From the NCBI GenBank assembly GCA_013239625.1, contig MU056029.1, positions 1,054,001-1,118,000 of the forward strand: a DNA stretch of 64,000 nt. Direction: 5' to 3'. This DNA is from Lama guanicoe. Taxonomy: Eukaryota. The translations under genes and the position numbers were made by a program. This document shows positions 1 to 12,651 of the stretch, one piece after another. Below the pieces are notes generated by a model, which saw only the letters and a list, made by a program, of their open reading frames with translations, had not been told where the DNA came from and ran no database searches. Each line of letters opens with the position of its first letter. Position 1 is the first letter of the stretch.

Positions 1-170
1 TGCAAATGGTGTTACATTAATTTTTTTTTGTCACTGAGTAAGTATTCCATTGTATAAATATACCGCATTTTCTTTATCCAGTCATCTATGGATGGACATT
101 TAGGTTGCTTCCATGCCTTGCTATTGTCAATATATTAGTGCTGCTGTGAACACTGGGGTACATGTATCTT
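1..170 (-). mobile_element. L1 3'-region fragment (runs off window start)
   Basis: Antisense L1 3' motifs: 'gtattccattgtataaatataccgcattttctttatccagtcatctatggatggacatttaggttgcttcca'. Confidence 0.85.
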
Positions 171-1258
171 AGATGAAAATTCTTAAGTCACCTCCAATCC
201 ATGGGTTGAGGACCTAAGGCACACAGCTTCACAAGTTCCCAGACCACTGAGTTGGATCCTAAATAGAGGGTAAATCTAATCATTATATAGTGACAATTAA
301 AATAATTTTTTACATTTATTTGTTCTAGAAATGGATGGCAGTAAGCATGAAAGGGCGGGAGAGAAAGTCTGAAGACAAAACCTCTCATGCCTACCTTTCC
401 TCAATTTTAAAAGACAATCACATGAGGACTAGAGAAAACCATGTATGTCAGGCTCTTGGTACACTGAATAAATGTTACTCGTCAGCCTTTTTTTTTTTGA
501 TAAAAAGTATATAGAAGCTGAGAAGGAATAAATTGTGGTACTTGAATTTAGATAAATTCCTCTTTTCAAGGCTTAAGAAAAATGTAGGAAGCAGGTTGAA
601 AAAACATTTAATCAGATCACGACTATAACAGTTATTAAAACTAACAAACTGGTGGAATGTTCAAACAATAAATCCCAGACGGGGAGAACACCTCGTAATA
701 ACAGCAGCGTGAGGCATGGGAGCTAAGAAGGCACGTCGTGAGCACGTGGGGTTTGGCGACTCCAACGTTTTTAAATTTGTGGCAAATCAATACATTCTAA
801 AAATGGGTCTGAATTTAATTTACCTGTGTAACTTGTTTTTAAGTAAGTATATTCTTCTTTCTGGTTATAAAAGATACTTCCTATTTGTTGTAGAACATTT
901 GAAAAAAATAAAGAAGACAAAATCACTGCTCTCTTAAGATACCTACTGTTAATTTCGGGGTGAACCGCCTTACATTTCTATGCTGCACACATGGATCCAT
1001 GTAATACAACTGAGAGCACGCTTGCACTGAATTTGGTGCGGTGTGCTTCATTTCATGTCAAACTGTACTTCGAACATCTTTCTGCATTCAGAATCCTTTG
1101 AAGATCACTTTTTTACATTCGCAAACTATTATTAAAAGCAGCTCTTTTCCCCTTTCCTGTCTGCCCATTTCTGCTTCCCTCTAAGCTTGAAAGAACCTAA
1201 TTATTAGAATGAGAGCACCAGGCGACATTTACTGAATGCATGCCACGCCTCTCTAACC

Positions 1259-1686
1259 TGTTGACTCTTCCCCTGGAGGAAAAGAAGCAGGAATGAAGAA
1301 TTCAGCAGTTACAGTGACTAGTGCTCTGCCCCCGGACCCCCCTCACAGTCCTGCAGGCAGCCCACGGAAGGACGCGACAACATCTGAAGGAAGAGCCTGC
1401 CACCAGCCTGCACACCATGGAAACCAGCCAGCCTGCACACCGTGGAAAATGACACAGAGCCTAGCCTTCTGCCTCAATGATTAACTGAGATTCTTCCCCC
1501 CCCCATTTTTTTCCCTTTAAAACCTGGCACGACTGACAGAGCCTTCAGAGTTGGTTTTTGGGGACATGAGTCCGCCTTCCCCCCAGACTGCTGGCTATCC
1601 CATTAAAGCAACTTTCCTTTCTCCTGACCCTTGCCTCTCATGGACTGGCCTTTGAAGGTGAACAGCTGAACGTGAAGTTGGTAACT
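1259..1686 (+). mobile_element. Old ERV1-type solo LTR (degraded)
   Basis: LTR-like order of motifs: 'ccctttaaaa', 'gacatgagtccgccttcccccagactgctggc', ATTAAA and a terminal 'ttggtaac'. The 3' half resembles the LTR family at 37-63 kb. An internal 21-bp direct repeat lies at 1403-1423/1428-1448. The start is approximate and no TSD was found. Confidence 0.6.
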
Positions 1687-2033
1687 TTATACGGCTGTAT
1701 CAGAGTTGACTTAACTTATAAATAGCATGGTGATGAGTACCCTCACAGACACAAAGACAGGCGTCCACACTACCGACTGCTCTGTGGGATACACAGTGGA
1801 AGTGAATGTACATTTTCCAGTTACGCTTACATGGAGAAACCCGCCCAGCATGGGTACCCATGAAGCTGTCGGGGCCGTTCTGCAAAGCCTGGCCTCACCA
1901 CTCAGGCACCTGCAGTTTGCGTTGGCTTCTTAGACCCCAAATAAAGCCCAATGTTGTTTTCATTTGCAATTTCTGGATTATTAATTATACATAAGTTGTG
2001 TCACCCGTTGAGTAGACAAAATGTGCCCTTTAC

Positions 2034-2190
2034 CTGGATTTCTCTTCAGATTTGGGGTGATTCTTACCATGGCACTCTTTCTCTCTGACAGTTATTTAAC
2101 CTCCAACTGACGTATTTTGGCAAGTCAGTCTTCCATCTGTGGTGTCTTCCTTGCATCCTTTGACTTGCGTATTTGAGCAGACAGCACACA
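2034..2190 (-). other. Putative minus-strand exon carrying a start codon (5' edge unknown)
   Basis: Minus strand reads gtgccATG|GTAAGA (Kozak-like ATG 2070-2068, donor 2067). A second donor CAG|GTAAAG at 2033 would give MVRITPNLKRNP plus 1 nt. Confidence 0.35.
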
Positions 2191-5100
2191 CAGAGGCCTG
2201 TGGAAGCCTGCCTCTCCTGAGACAGCGTGGCATGGGCTTCCACTGGACCAGGCTTTCACTCTGCCATTACTAAGTGACTCGCCCACCTGGGATGCACCTT
2301 CCCACATCTGTAAAATGAGGCGGCCATCTGTCCATCTCTCCTATCGCTCCCAGCTCCGAAAGCATAAACTGTGTCATGGCTTTAGTACGAGAAGTAAAAC
2401 TCAGTTCATTCTTCCTAATAAACTTATGTAACGAATATTGTCCATTAGAATTAAATGACTCAGAAAAAAGCTCAGAGGCTTGATTTATGTTTGCTGCCAA
2501 CGGAAGATTTTTCTTTAAGGTCCTTAAGCACAGTAAACCTTCGTTAATTTCACTCTGGATATCCTTGAGCATGGAATTTTCAGAAAGAATTGTTGTCTGG
2601 GTTTTGAGATCCTTGTGATCTGGGTCCCAGCACATGACGGGACACAACACACACTGATAATGAGGCTGTCATTAGGAGCTCTGGTCTCAGAGCAGAGAGC
2701 AACACCCTCCCTTTTGCACTCAGATAGAAGGGGAACACAGTCCCTTCTCATGGGGGATTCATAGCCTCTGGTACATTCAAAGCTTTTTCACCATGCTCTT
2801 TGGGAAGGAATTACTTCTCTCTTCACCTTAACACATACCCCTGGTGCTGCGTTTGCCATGGGCAGGAGTGGGTTTATGACCAGCAGCTTGGACGTCCTCT
2901 GTGGTTGACCTTTTGTCTTCTGTGGATAGGCACATCTTATTTTGTGCCTTACTCAATAACTATACGTTCCTCCCCTTTGAGCTGTTAAGGCTTCTCTTTC
3001 CTCACTGATTTTTAGATGGTTTCAGAGAAAACTGGTAGTCAGTGGTTTATAATTCTCCAACGTGAATCCCAATTGCAGAATATTATCCAGAGTGATTTTG
3101 ACAATGAAACACTAACCTTTGAAGAACTTGCCCTAGACCTGAGACCTGTCTGGGAAGAAATGGGGATGGGTGTTAGGTGACAAGCTAGCCACCCATATAT
3201 CCAACTGTGAGTAAAATCCCAGATGGAGACAGTGAGCTAACGGCCAGCAAAGGGAGTATTAACGAGAACACGGTATGTCCCAGACACTTGGTTGCTGTCT
3301 ACAGGTGATCTCATTAAAATGTCCACAGCAAACACACGAGGAACAGAAGGTATATCTCTAGTTCTTAGACATCCGAGTTTCATGCAGTTTTATTAAGTTA
3401 CTTACGACACAACAACCGTAAATGCTCAGACACTCTATGTATTCTTTGTTTCGCATGCTGCTGCCTGTGCAAGTCCTCACGCATCTGTGAACTAACGCTG
3501 AGTCTTCCTCTCCCCTACTGACTGGCAATTTGAGTGGAGATTGGCTGTTTTGATCTTAAACATCTCCAGGACTGCTCTGTTTCCAACTGAAAATTAGAAT
3601 TCAGCAACAAAGAAAGTCATAGAACACCGATTTGGACACCAGGTCATAGGCGAGAATAACGACACCCCAATAAATTGATCAAACTGTTCCCTCAAGCAAC
3701 TCCATTCCTGCCCCTGGAATGTATTTTTTACTTTCCCACTTAGTGAAATTAACACCCACTGGATTTTGCCCTTACAACTTGGGGTACGGGGTTCATCACG
3801 CCTTCAACAGCCTGAGATTTAGAGAAAGGTGCATCTAGGGGGAGCACTGCCAGATGAAGTGATGTGAAGGGTCCCCTATTACAGGTTTCAAAAGACACCC
3901 TTCTTTGTTTAAGGTTCATTTGCTGTTTGAAAAACTACAGCAAATTAAAAACAATTTATGTATCATGATGATGTTGAAATGAAAAGCTGATCATTTTTAA
4001 ACTTCATTGTTAACAACGCTGACTCAAGTGTCACATCTTCCAGCACATTCACCTGGTAGTTTGAGGAGAGGAAGACGGACATGAGGAAGGGGTAAATAAA
4101 TCCTCTTTGTCAAGACAGCGGTTCACCAGCAACAGAAGCAGCACGGGCTTCTACAGACAACCGGGCAGTCCCCGGAGGAGAGAGCCATGGCCCCCAGCGT
4201 CGCTGTGCATGCAGGAGACGACAGGGAGGGCAGCACGTGGGGAGGGTCTAGGGAAGTGTTTTGCCAGCCTTGTGGGGAAAGATGATGGAATCACTTTAAA
4301 ACGCACCCTTCAGGGAGCAGCAACTGACAGGAGACCTGACCCTCAGGAGAGAAAACGTACATCTCAGTACATGAGTGGCCTAGGACCCTCCCAACACCTC
4401 GCTGATGACAAAACATGTGATCATGTCCACAGCAACTGAGTAAGTGTAGTAAGCAGTTTTGTTACATTGTGGTTAAAGCCACCTGGCCTCAGATGGTGAG
4501 GGAATTCTGAAATCCCAAGTCAATTTCCTCATCTGGCGCCTCTGAACTTCCATAAAGAGGATAAATATATCAGAGTTACTAGTTGCCAAATTTAGAATGC
4601 AAAGCAGCTGGCAACCGCCCAAAAGGCTCTGACAGTAAGAACTATTTCCAACATCTGGCAAAATTCCAAGCAGCAGTCAAATTCCATGGGATATTTTGAG
4701 GAACGCACCCAGGACTGAGACCACCTGAGAGTTCCAAGTCTAGTTCCACCTTTTTTAGCCATAAAAGTCCCCACTCTTGAGAGCATCAGTTTCACAACTT
4801 ACAAAGCGAGATAAAGCCGGCGACACCCACCACGCACGTCTGCTATGATGTCCAGATGAAATGCCGGCGTGACCACACGATGTGAATGATAGGCAAGCAG
4901 AAAAGCCTTTAGAGGAATATTGCCTCACTGACAATCAGTGCAGGTAAAAAACAGGTAGGCTGAGTAGTCTGAGATTATCACAGTGAAGGAACCTGGTGAT
5001 CAGCTGAATCCTCAAGCAGTGGAGAAAAGTGTCACACACACATAATTCTGTGCATCGCCTTGATATATTTTCAAGTAAGACACAGTAAAGTGAAGGCTCA

Positions 5101-5212
5101 GCTCCAAACCAAATTAGAGTTTCTTTTTAATCTTGAGCACCTGTATTGCAGGAGCCTTCTAGATGTCTGCACAGATCACCCCTTTCAACCATCCTAAACA
5201 CCGGTCAGGCAG

Positions 5213-5330
5213 CAATGTTTATTCAGCACTCTGTCCGGGCCAGGCGCACTGCAAGGCACATGGGCAGTGCAAACAGAGACAGCCCGTGTGTGCCTTCAGC
5301 ACGCACATGTGACACTAGTCCAGGGTGTGG
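5213..5330 (-). mobile_element. L2 3' fragment (ancient)
   Basis: 'atgtttattcagcactctgtccgggccaggcgcactgcaaggcacatggg' resembles the antisense L2 tail. Confidence 0.5.
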
Positions 5331-6002
5331 TGATGGAGAGCATGAGGGATGCAGAAAAGATGAGGGTGGGGATGGGAAAGGGCTACTCCATGAAGAGGCA
5401 GCAGGCACCACAGGAAAAGCTGCTCATCCATCAGGGTGGAGAATGTGCAGAGTGTGAGCCTAGACCTGCACGGAGCAGCCTGAAATGCATCCGCCAGGTG
5501 CTCGTGCTGGGCTCGGAGTTAGCTCATTCGGTGCTAAGCTCTTAATTTAGTTGTCACACCTAACGTGTATTCGCCGACTGCCACAAACTACACGAAAAGC
5601 ATTGATTATATAATAGACGTTGAGGTTTCAAGTAAATTCAGACAAGTTCGTCAAACTGACTAATAGACGCCCCTAAATCGTGTTTCCTTTATGACAACAT
5701 CGATATTTTAAATCAACAACTTATGTAGTCAACTCATCTCCACTGTTTCTTAACTTTAATCAGAAGACATCTTTAATAATTATCAAAACATGACCCCTTT
5801 GCACGAGCAGAGGCTTCAGAACTTGTGAAGTACATTAAAGGATGTGTCTTCATTAAAAATATATCTCCCCGGGTGATTTACTGATGCCCTTTAATCTTCA
5901 TCCACATTTCACCAAAAAGAAAATACATGTCTCTATTACCCCAGAAAGCATCAACATTATTAACACAGGCAAGTCTGTGTTTGTATAATTATTGTTTGCA
6001 CA

Positions 6003-7847
6003 GGGAAGTGGCCCAGACGGAGGAAAAGGAAGCCCCTGCGCTTACCTCCTCCCACGGGCACACCAAAATTTCAGCTATTTACAGAGGAACTATTGATGAA
6101 AACAACCTAAAGACTAAAAGAAAAGACATCCCACAACTAAAGATATAAAGAAGGAACCACAACACAACAGGAAGGAGGGACAGAGACGCGGAGCAGTCAA
6201 GACCCGCTCCCCTCAGAAGGCAACCCACAACCGGGGGGTACCCACCACGGCAGTGGACCTCCCCAGTGGGCACAGGGGCCAGCCCCCAGCAGGCTCCCCC
6301 GCCCGAGGAGCCTGCAACGGGAAGACAAGCCCAGAGAGCATCTGGCTTGAAAGCCAGTGGTGCTCGCAGACGGGAGAGCAGGAGGGCTCTGGGAAACAGA
6401 GGCTCCACTCTTAAAGGGCACATGCAAAAATCTCACACCCTCGGATACCTAGCACAGAGGCAGTAATTTGAAAAAAAAAAAACCCTGGTTCAAACCCACT
6501 TCCTGACCTTGGACAGCCTCCCAAAGAGGCAGGAGGCACCTGGGCTGCCCCTGGGGACACACGTGCTGGCTACAGCCAATTTTAGGAGCTTGTTCTGCCA
6601 CGAGGACACTGGTGCGGGCAACCGCCATCTTGGAATTCTTCCTCCAGACTCTCAGGAACGGGATCAACACCACCCACCAGATGGTTGGCACCAGTCTCAG
6701 GAACACCCCCCACCCCCAGGCCAAGCAGCCAGTCCCATCGGAGCCCAGCTGCCCTCACCAGGGAGCTGGCACCAGCTCCGGCCATCCCCCGGACCCCCCA
6801 GCAAGCAGCCCTGGGTCCCGGCATGACCCAACAGAGGCCAGCAGCCTCCAAACAAGGTTAACATACAAAAACCTGCTGCATTTCTTTACACTAACAATGA
6901 AATATCAAGAAGGGAAGTAAAAAAAAGAATCCCTTATAAAATCATATGCCCCCCCAAAATTACTTAGGAATAAATCTGGCCAAGGACGTGCAAGACTTAT
7001 ATGCTGAGAACTATAAAACACTGAAAAAGGAAATTAAAGATGACTTAAAAGAATGGGAAGATATTCCATGTTCTTGAATTAGAAAAATAAATATTGTTAA
7101 AATGGCCATACTATCAAAAGCAATCTACAGATTTATCAAATTACTCAGGATATTTTTTACTGAACTTGAACAGATAATCCTAACTTTTATATGGATTCAC
7201 AAAACACCCAGAATTGCCAAAGCAATACTGAAAACAGAACGCAGCTGGAGAAATAGCCTTCCCAGACCTCGGACAATACTACAGAGCTAGAGAAATTAAA
7301 ACAGCATGGTACTGGCACATAAACAGACATATGCAACAGAGTAGAGAGCTGAGAAATAAACCTACACACCCATGGTCAATGAATCTTTGACAAAGGAGGC
7401 AAGAATAGCCAATGGATAGTATCTTCGGCAAATGGTGTTGGGGGAGCTGGACAGTCACATGTAAATCAATGAAGTTAGAAAACTCCCTCATACCACACAC
7501 AAAAATAAACTCAAAATGACTTAAAGACTTAAACGTAAGACAGGACACCATAAATCTAGAAGAAACATAGGCAAAACATTGTCTGGCATAAATTGTAGCA
7601 ATGTTTTCCTAAGTCAGTCTACCAAGCCAATAGAACTAAAAGCAAAAACACCCAAATGGTATCTAATATAAGCTTTTTGCACAACAAACGAAACCATAAA
7701 CAAAACAAAAAGACAACCTGCGAGCCAAAAGAAAATATTTGCAAACTAGGTGACTGATAAGGGCTTAATTTCCAGAATATACAAACAGCTCATACAACTC
7801 AACAACAACAACAAAAAAAACCGAACAAGTCAGTCAAAAAATGGCAG
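6003..7847 (+). mobile_element. L1: GC-rich 5'UTR fused directly to the 3' part of ORF2
   Basis: 6003-6850 resembles an L1 5'UTR. From about 6852 the sequence is ORF2 (ORF 7102-7290 [33 protein letters not shown]). ORF1 and the 5' part of ORF2 are absent. Confidence 0.8.
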
Positions 7848-8858
7848 GCCTATATTGCCATGAATTTCCCTCTTAGGACTGCTTTCTCCTGCATCCCACT
7901 AGATTTTGTGTCTTTGTATTTTCATTGTTGTTTGTCTCAAGGTATTTTTTAAATTCTTCTTTGATTCCATCATTGACCCACTGGTTCCTTAGTAGCATAT
8001 TATTTAGTCTCCATGTCATCGTTTTTTTCTCATTTGTTTTTTCCATGGTTGATTTCTACTTTCATGCCACTGTGGTCAGAAAAGATGCTTGAAACAATTT
8101 CTACTCCCTTAAATTTGTTGAGGCTTCTTTTTGTGTCTGAGTATGTAGTCTGCCCTAGAGAATGCTCCACGAGCACTTGAAAAGAATGTATATTCTCTTT
8201 TTTGGGGATGTAATGTCCTAAAAATATCAACCAAGTCCAACTGTTTTATTGTGTCATTTAGAATCTCCATGCCTTACTGGTTTTCTGTTGGGAAGACCTG
8301 TCCAGTGATGTTAGTGGGGTGTTAAAGTTTCCTACTATTATTGTGTTCCCATCAATTTCTCCCTTTATGTCTGTTAGTATTTGTTTTATATATTTAGATG
8401 CTCCTTTATTGGGTGTATATATGTTAATGAGTGAAATTTCTTCTTCTTCTTATATTGCTCCTTTGATCATTATATAGTATCCTGCATTATCTTTGTTTAT
8501 GGTCTTTTTTTTAAAGCCTGTTTTGTCTGAAATTAGTATTGCTACTCCTGCTTTCTTGTAATTTACATTTGCATGAAATATCTTTTTCCATCCACTAACT
8601 TTCAGTTTATGTGTCCTTCATCTTAAAGTGGGTGTCTTGTAGGCAGCATATTGTAAGCTCCTGTCTCATAAACCAGTCTACTACTCTACATATTTTGTTT
8701 GGAGCGTTTAGTCTATTGACATTTATGGTAATTGTTGACAGATACATGTTTATTGTGTTTTAACCTTTGTTTTCCACTTGATTTGATATTTCTACTCTGC
8801 TCCTTTCTTTTTGTTTTTCTTTTTGTGGTTTGATAATTTCCTTTTGTATTAGGTTGGT
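7843..8858 (-). mobile_element. Inverted L1 segment (ORF2 endonuclease region and inter-ORF)
   Basis: Minus-strand ORF 8030-8230 contains LNKFK.VEIVSSIFSDHSGMKVEIN, the FSDH motif of the L1 endonuclease. Confidence 0.85.
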
Positions 8859-10060
8859 TTCTTAGGTCCCTTAGGTCAGTCTAGCCAGGCAATAGAAATA
8901 AAAGCAAAAATAAACAAATGGGACCTAATTAAACTCATGAGCTTTTGCACAACAAAGGAAACCATAAGCAAAACGAAAAGACAACCTACAGAACGAGAGG
9001 AAATATTTGCAGATGATGTGACTAACAAAGGCTTAATTTCCAGAATATACAAACAGCTCACAGACCTTAATAACAGAAAAACAAACAACCCAATCCAAAA
9101 ATGGGCAAAAGACCTAAACAAGCAATTCTTTGATGAAGACATACAAATGGCCAATAGGCACATGAAGGAAATGTTCAGTATCACTAATTATTATAATCAA
9201 AACTACAATGAGGTATAATCTCACATCAGTCAGAATGGCCATCATTTAAAAGTCCACAGATGATAAATGCTAGCGAGGGTATGGAGAAAAGGGAACCCTC
9301 CTACATTGCTGGTAGGAGTGTAGTTTGGTGCAGCCATTATGGAAAACAGAATGGAGATTCCTCATAAAACTAAAAATAGACTTACTATATGAACCAGCAG
9401 TCTCACTCTTGGGCATATATCTGGAGGGAACTCTAATTTGAAAAGATCTATGTACCCCAATGTTCACAGCAACACTATTTACAATAGCCAAGACACAGAG
9501 CAACCTAAATGTCCATCAACAGATGACTAGATAAAAAAGATGTGGTACAATTATACATTGGAATACTACTCAGCCATTAAAAAGAATGAAATAATGCCAT
9601 TTGCAGCCACATGGATGGACTTAAGAGATTCTCACACTAAGTGAGGTAAGTCAAATACAAATATCATATGATGTCACTTATATGTGGAATCTAAAAAAAA
9701 ACAAAAATGACACAAATGAACCTATTTACAAAACAAAAAGACACAGAAACATTACAAAAGACATAGAAACATTACAAAACAGACACAGAAAACAAACTTA
9801 TAAGTTACCAAAGGGGAAAAGGAGGAGGAGAAATAAATTAGGAGTTTGGGATTAGTAGATACAAACTACTATATATAAAATAGATAAACAACAAGGACCT
9901 ACTGTATAGCACAGGGAACTATATTCACTATCTTGCAATAACCTATAATGCAAAAGAATACTAAAAAGAACATATATGTATAACTGAATCACTAGGCTGT
10001 ATACCAGAAACTAACACAACATTGTAAATCAATTCTACTTCAATAAAAAATTTAAATAAG
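8859..10060 (+). mobile_element. L1 ORF2 C-terminus plus 3'UTR and A-rich tail
   Basis: ORF 8937-9218 [22 protein letters not shown]....[23 protein letters not shown] is the L1 ORF2 C-terminus. The 3'UTR ends 'caataaaaaa' near 10041. Confidence 0.9.
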
Positions 10061-10069
10061 AAAGAACTT

Positions 10070-11347
10070 TTTTTCACACTGTGTGCAAAAATAAAGTCAA
10101 AATGGATTTTAAAGACCAAAATGTAACACCTGAAACCACAAAATTCTTATAAGAAAATTTATAGAATGCTGTTTAACTTCAGTTTTAGTATTTAGTTTTG
10201 TTTTGTTTTATCTCCTTATACGAGGGAAACAAAAGTGAAAAAAAAAAAGGACTACATCAAACTGACAGGTTTTTGCACATGAAAGGAAACTATGAACAAT
10301 ACAAAAGGGCTGCCTCCTGACCGTGAGGAGATAACTGTAAATGACATATCTAATGAGGGGTTAATATCCAAAACAAGCAGAGGACTCACACAACTCAGTA
10401 CCAAAAAAATAATAACAATAACCCCACAAACAACCCAATTAAAAAATGGACAGAGGATCTGAATACACATTTTTTCAAAGAGGACATACAGATGACAAGA
10501 GACAAATGAAAAGAGGATCAACATCACTAATCATTAGGGCATTAGGGAAATGCAAATCAAAACCACACTGAGACCACATCACGCCTGTCAGAATGGCTAT
10601 CATCAGATAACAAGTGTTGGTGAGGATGTGGAGAAAGGGGACCTCATGCACTGTTGGTGAGAATATAAACTGGTGCAGCCACTATGGAAAACAGTAGCGA
10701 GGTTCCTCAAAAATTAAAAACAGAACTAGCCTATGATCCAAAAATTCCACTCCTGGGCATTTTCCCAAAGAAAACAGAAACACTAATTCCAAAAGATACA
10801 TACACCCCTATGTTCACTGCAGCATACTACACAATAACCAGGATATGGAAGTAACGCATGTGTCTGTATGGTGACAGACGGTAACTAACTTATCCTGGAG
10901 ACCATTCTTTAATATACAAAAATACTGAATCACTATTTTGTCCACAAGGAAGTACTGTGTAGTTGTAGGTTATACTACAGAAAAACAAACTTACAGAAAA
11001 AGAGATCAGATTTGTGGTCACCAGAGGTGGGGGTGGGGAGAGGGGAAAGTGGTCAAAAGGTACAAACTTTCAGTTATAAGATAAATAAATACTAGTGATG
11101 TGATGTGCAGCATGATAACATGTGCTGCATGTTACACATGAAAGCTGTTAAGAGAGGAAATTGTTAAGAGTTCTCATGAGAAGGAAAAAACATTTTTGTC
11201 TTTTTCTTTAATTTTGTATCTACATGAGATGATGCAGATTTTCACTAAACTAATTACGTCACAATGTATGTAAGTCAAATCATTATGCCGTACACCTTAA
11301 ACTTATACAGTGCCGTATGTCAGTTATATTGAAAAAACTGGAAGAAA
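10070..11347 (+). mobile_element. Third L1 3' segment of a different subfamily (L1_Art/L1MA9-like 3'UTR)
   Basis: Repeats the ORF2 C-terminal region again, followed by a different 3'UTR ending 'aaaaaactggaagaaa'. Confidence 0.8.
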
Positions 11348-12294
11348 CACAGGCTTTAGACTAAGTCAATGGTAAACACAGCCTATAAAAATCAATGTGT
11401 ACCATTAAAAATGTTAATAAAAATAAAATTATTGCTTACATGATACATTTTTCCTGACACTTTACTTTCGACCTACCTATGCTACGTTTGACATGAACTC
11501 TTGTAGAAAGTATGTACCATATTTGGATTATGTATTTCATCCACTCTGACAATCGTTGTCTTTCAATTGGCATGTTTAGACCTGTTATATTTCAGGTATA
11601 TATCGATCAACTAGAGCTGAAGTCTGACAATTCGCTTCTTGTTTTCTGTACGTTTGTTCCATTTTTAAATCTTATTTCCCTTTTCTTGCCATCTTAAGTC
11701 TTTCGTTTTAGAAGTCTGCTCTGATTTTATCTACCACGCTTTTGATTGTTTTTCTCAGTATAGCAATTTAGTGTTTACTTTAGGTCTTTTTCATATATGT
11801 ATGTAACATCGGGGTCAACGAGCATCAGTATTTTACTCTTTGGAGCAAAGTATGAACATCTTACATTCATTAGGTCCTTTTACCCTTCAATCTTTTAAAA
11901 TAGAAATATCTTAAGAATTTCCTCTACATTTCATTGAGCACCACATCAGATGACGCTATAATTTTTGTTTCTATATTCAAACACAGCTTTAAAACCTCAT
12001 GAAGAGAAGGACAGCATGTTATCTTTCCCATTAATTAACTCAGTCCACTGTTCTATCTTCCTGATGCACCAGCCTCCTGTTATCATTTCTTTGTTTTAGA
12101 GAATTTCTTTTAGGTATTCTTTGTGAGTAGGTCGCCTGGGGACAAAGTCTCTTATTTTTTACTTTAGAATATCTTTATTTTCTCTGCATTCCTCCAGGAT
12201 ATGTTTGCTGGATAGAGAATTTACAGCTGACATTTCTTTCAGCACTTGAACACTGCTATGCCATGTCCTGTCTTCCACGGTTTCACACAAGATA

Positions 12295-12651
12295 CTTGTC
12301 CTCCAGGAGGAAATAACGGGCTGCAGAGAAGTTTTTGTTGGCTGGACAGTGTCGGATGAGGAACGACACTATCTTAATTTTGCAATGTACTGTGTTTGCT
12401 GGAGCTATTTTATACAGTGATGCAACAGCCTTGCAGGAAAATAAGAGCAGTTTAATAATAAACTATTCAACTTTTTAACAATTTTTTTTTTGATGGGAGA
12501 AGGCAATTAGGTTGTTTGAGGGTTGTTTTTGTTTTTGTTTTTGTTTTTGTTAACAGAGGTGCTAAGGATTGAACTCAGGACCTCGTGCACGCTAAGCATG
12601 TACTCTACCACTAAGCTATATCATTTTTAAAATTTCTTAATTAAAAAAAAA
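12295..12651 (+). pseudogene. Candidate 5'-truncated processed retrocopy (mRNA 3' end) interrupted by a SINE
   Basis: A non-L1 insert inside the old L1, with AATAAA at 12457-12462 and an A-run at 12643-12651. These are about 30 nt apart once the SINE is removed. Parent gene not recognised. Confidence 0.45.
12482..12622 (-). mobile_element. tRNA-Ala-derived SINE (camelid Vic-1-like)
   Basis: Reverse complement has tRNA-like A/B boxes (tagcttagtggtagag...gagttcaatcc) and an A-rich tail. It is flanked by tttttaacaattt / tttttaaaattt. Confidence 0.8.
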
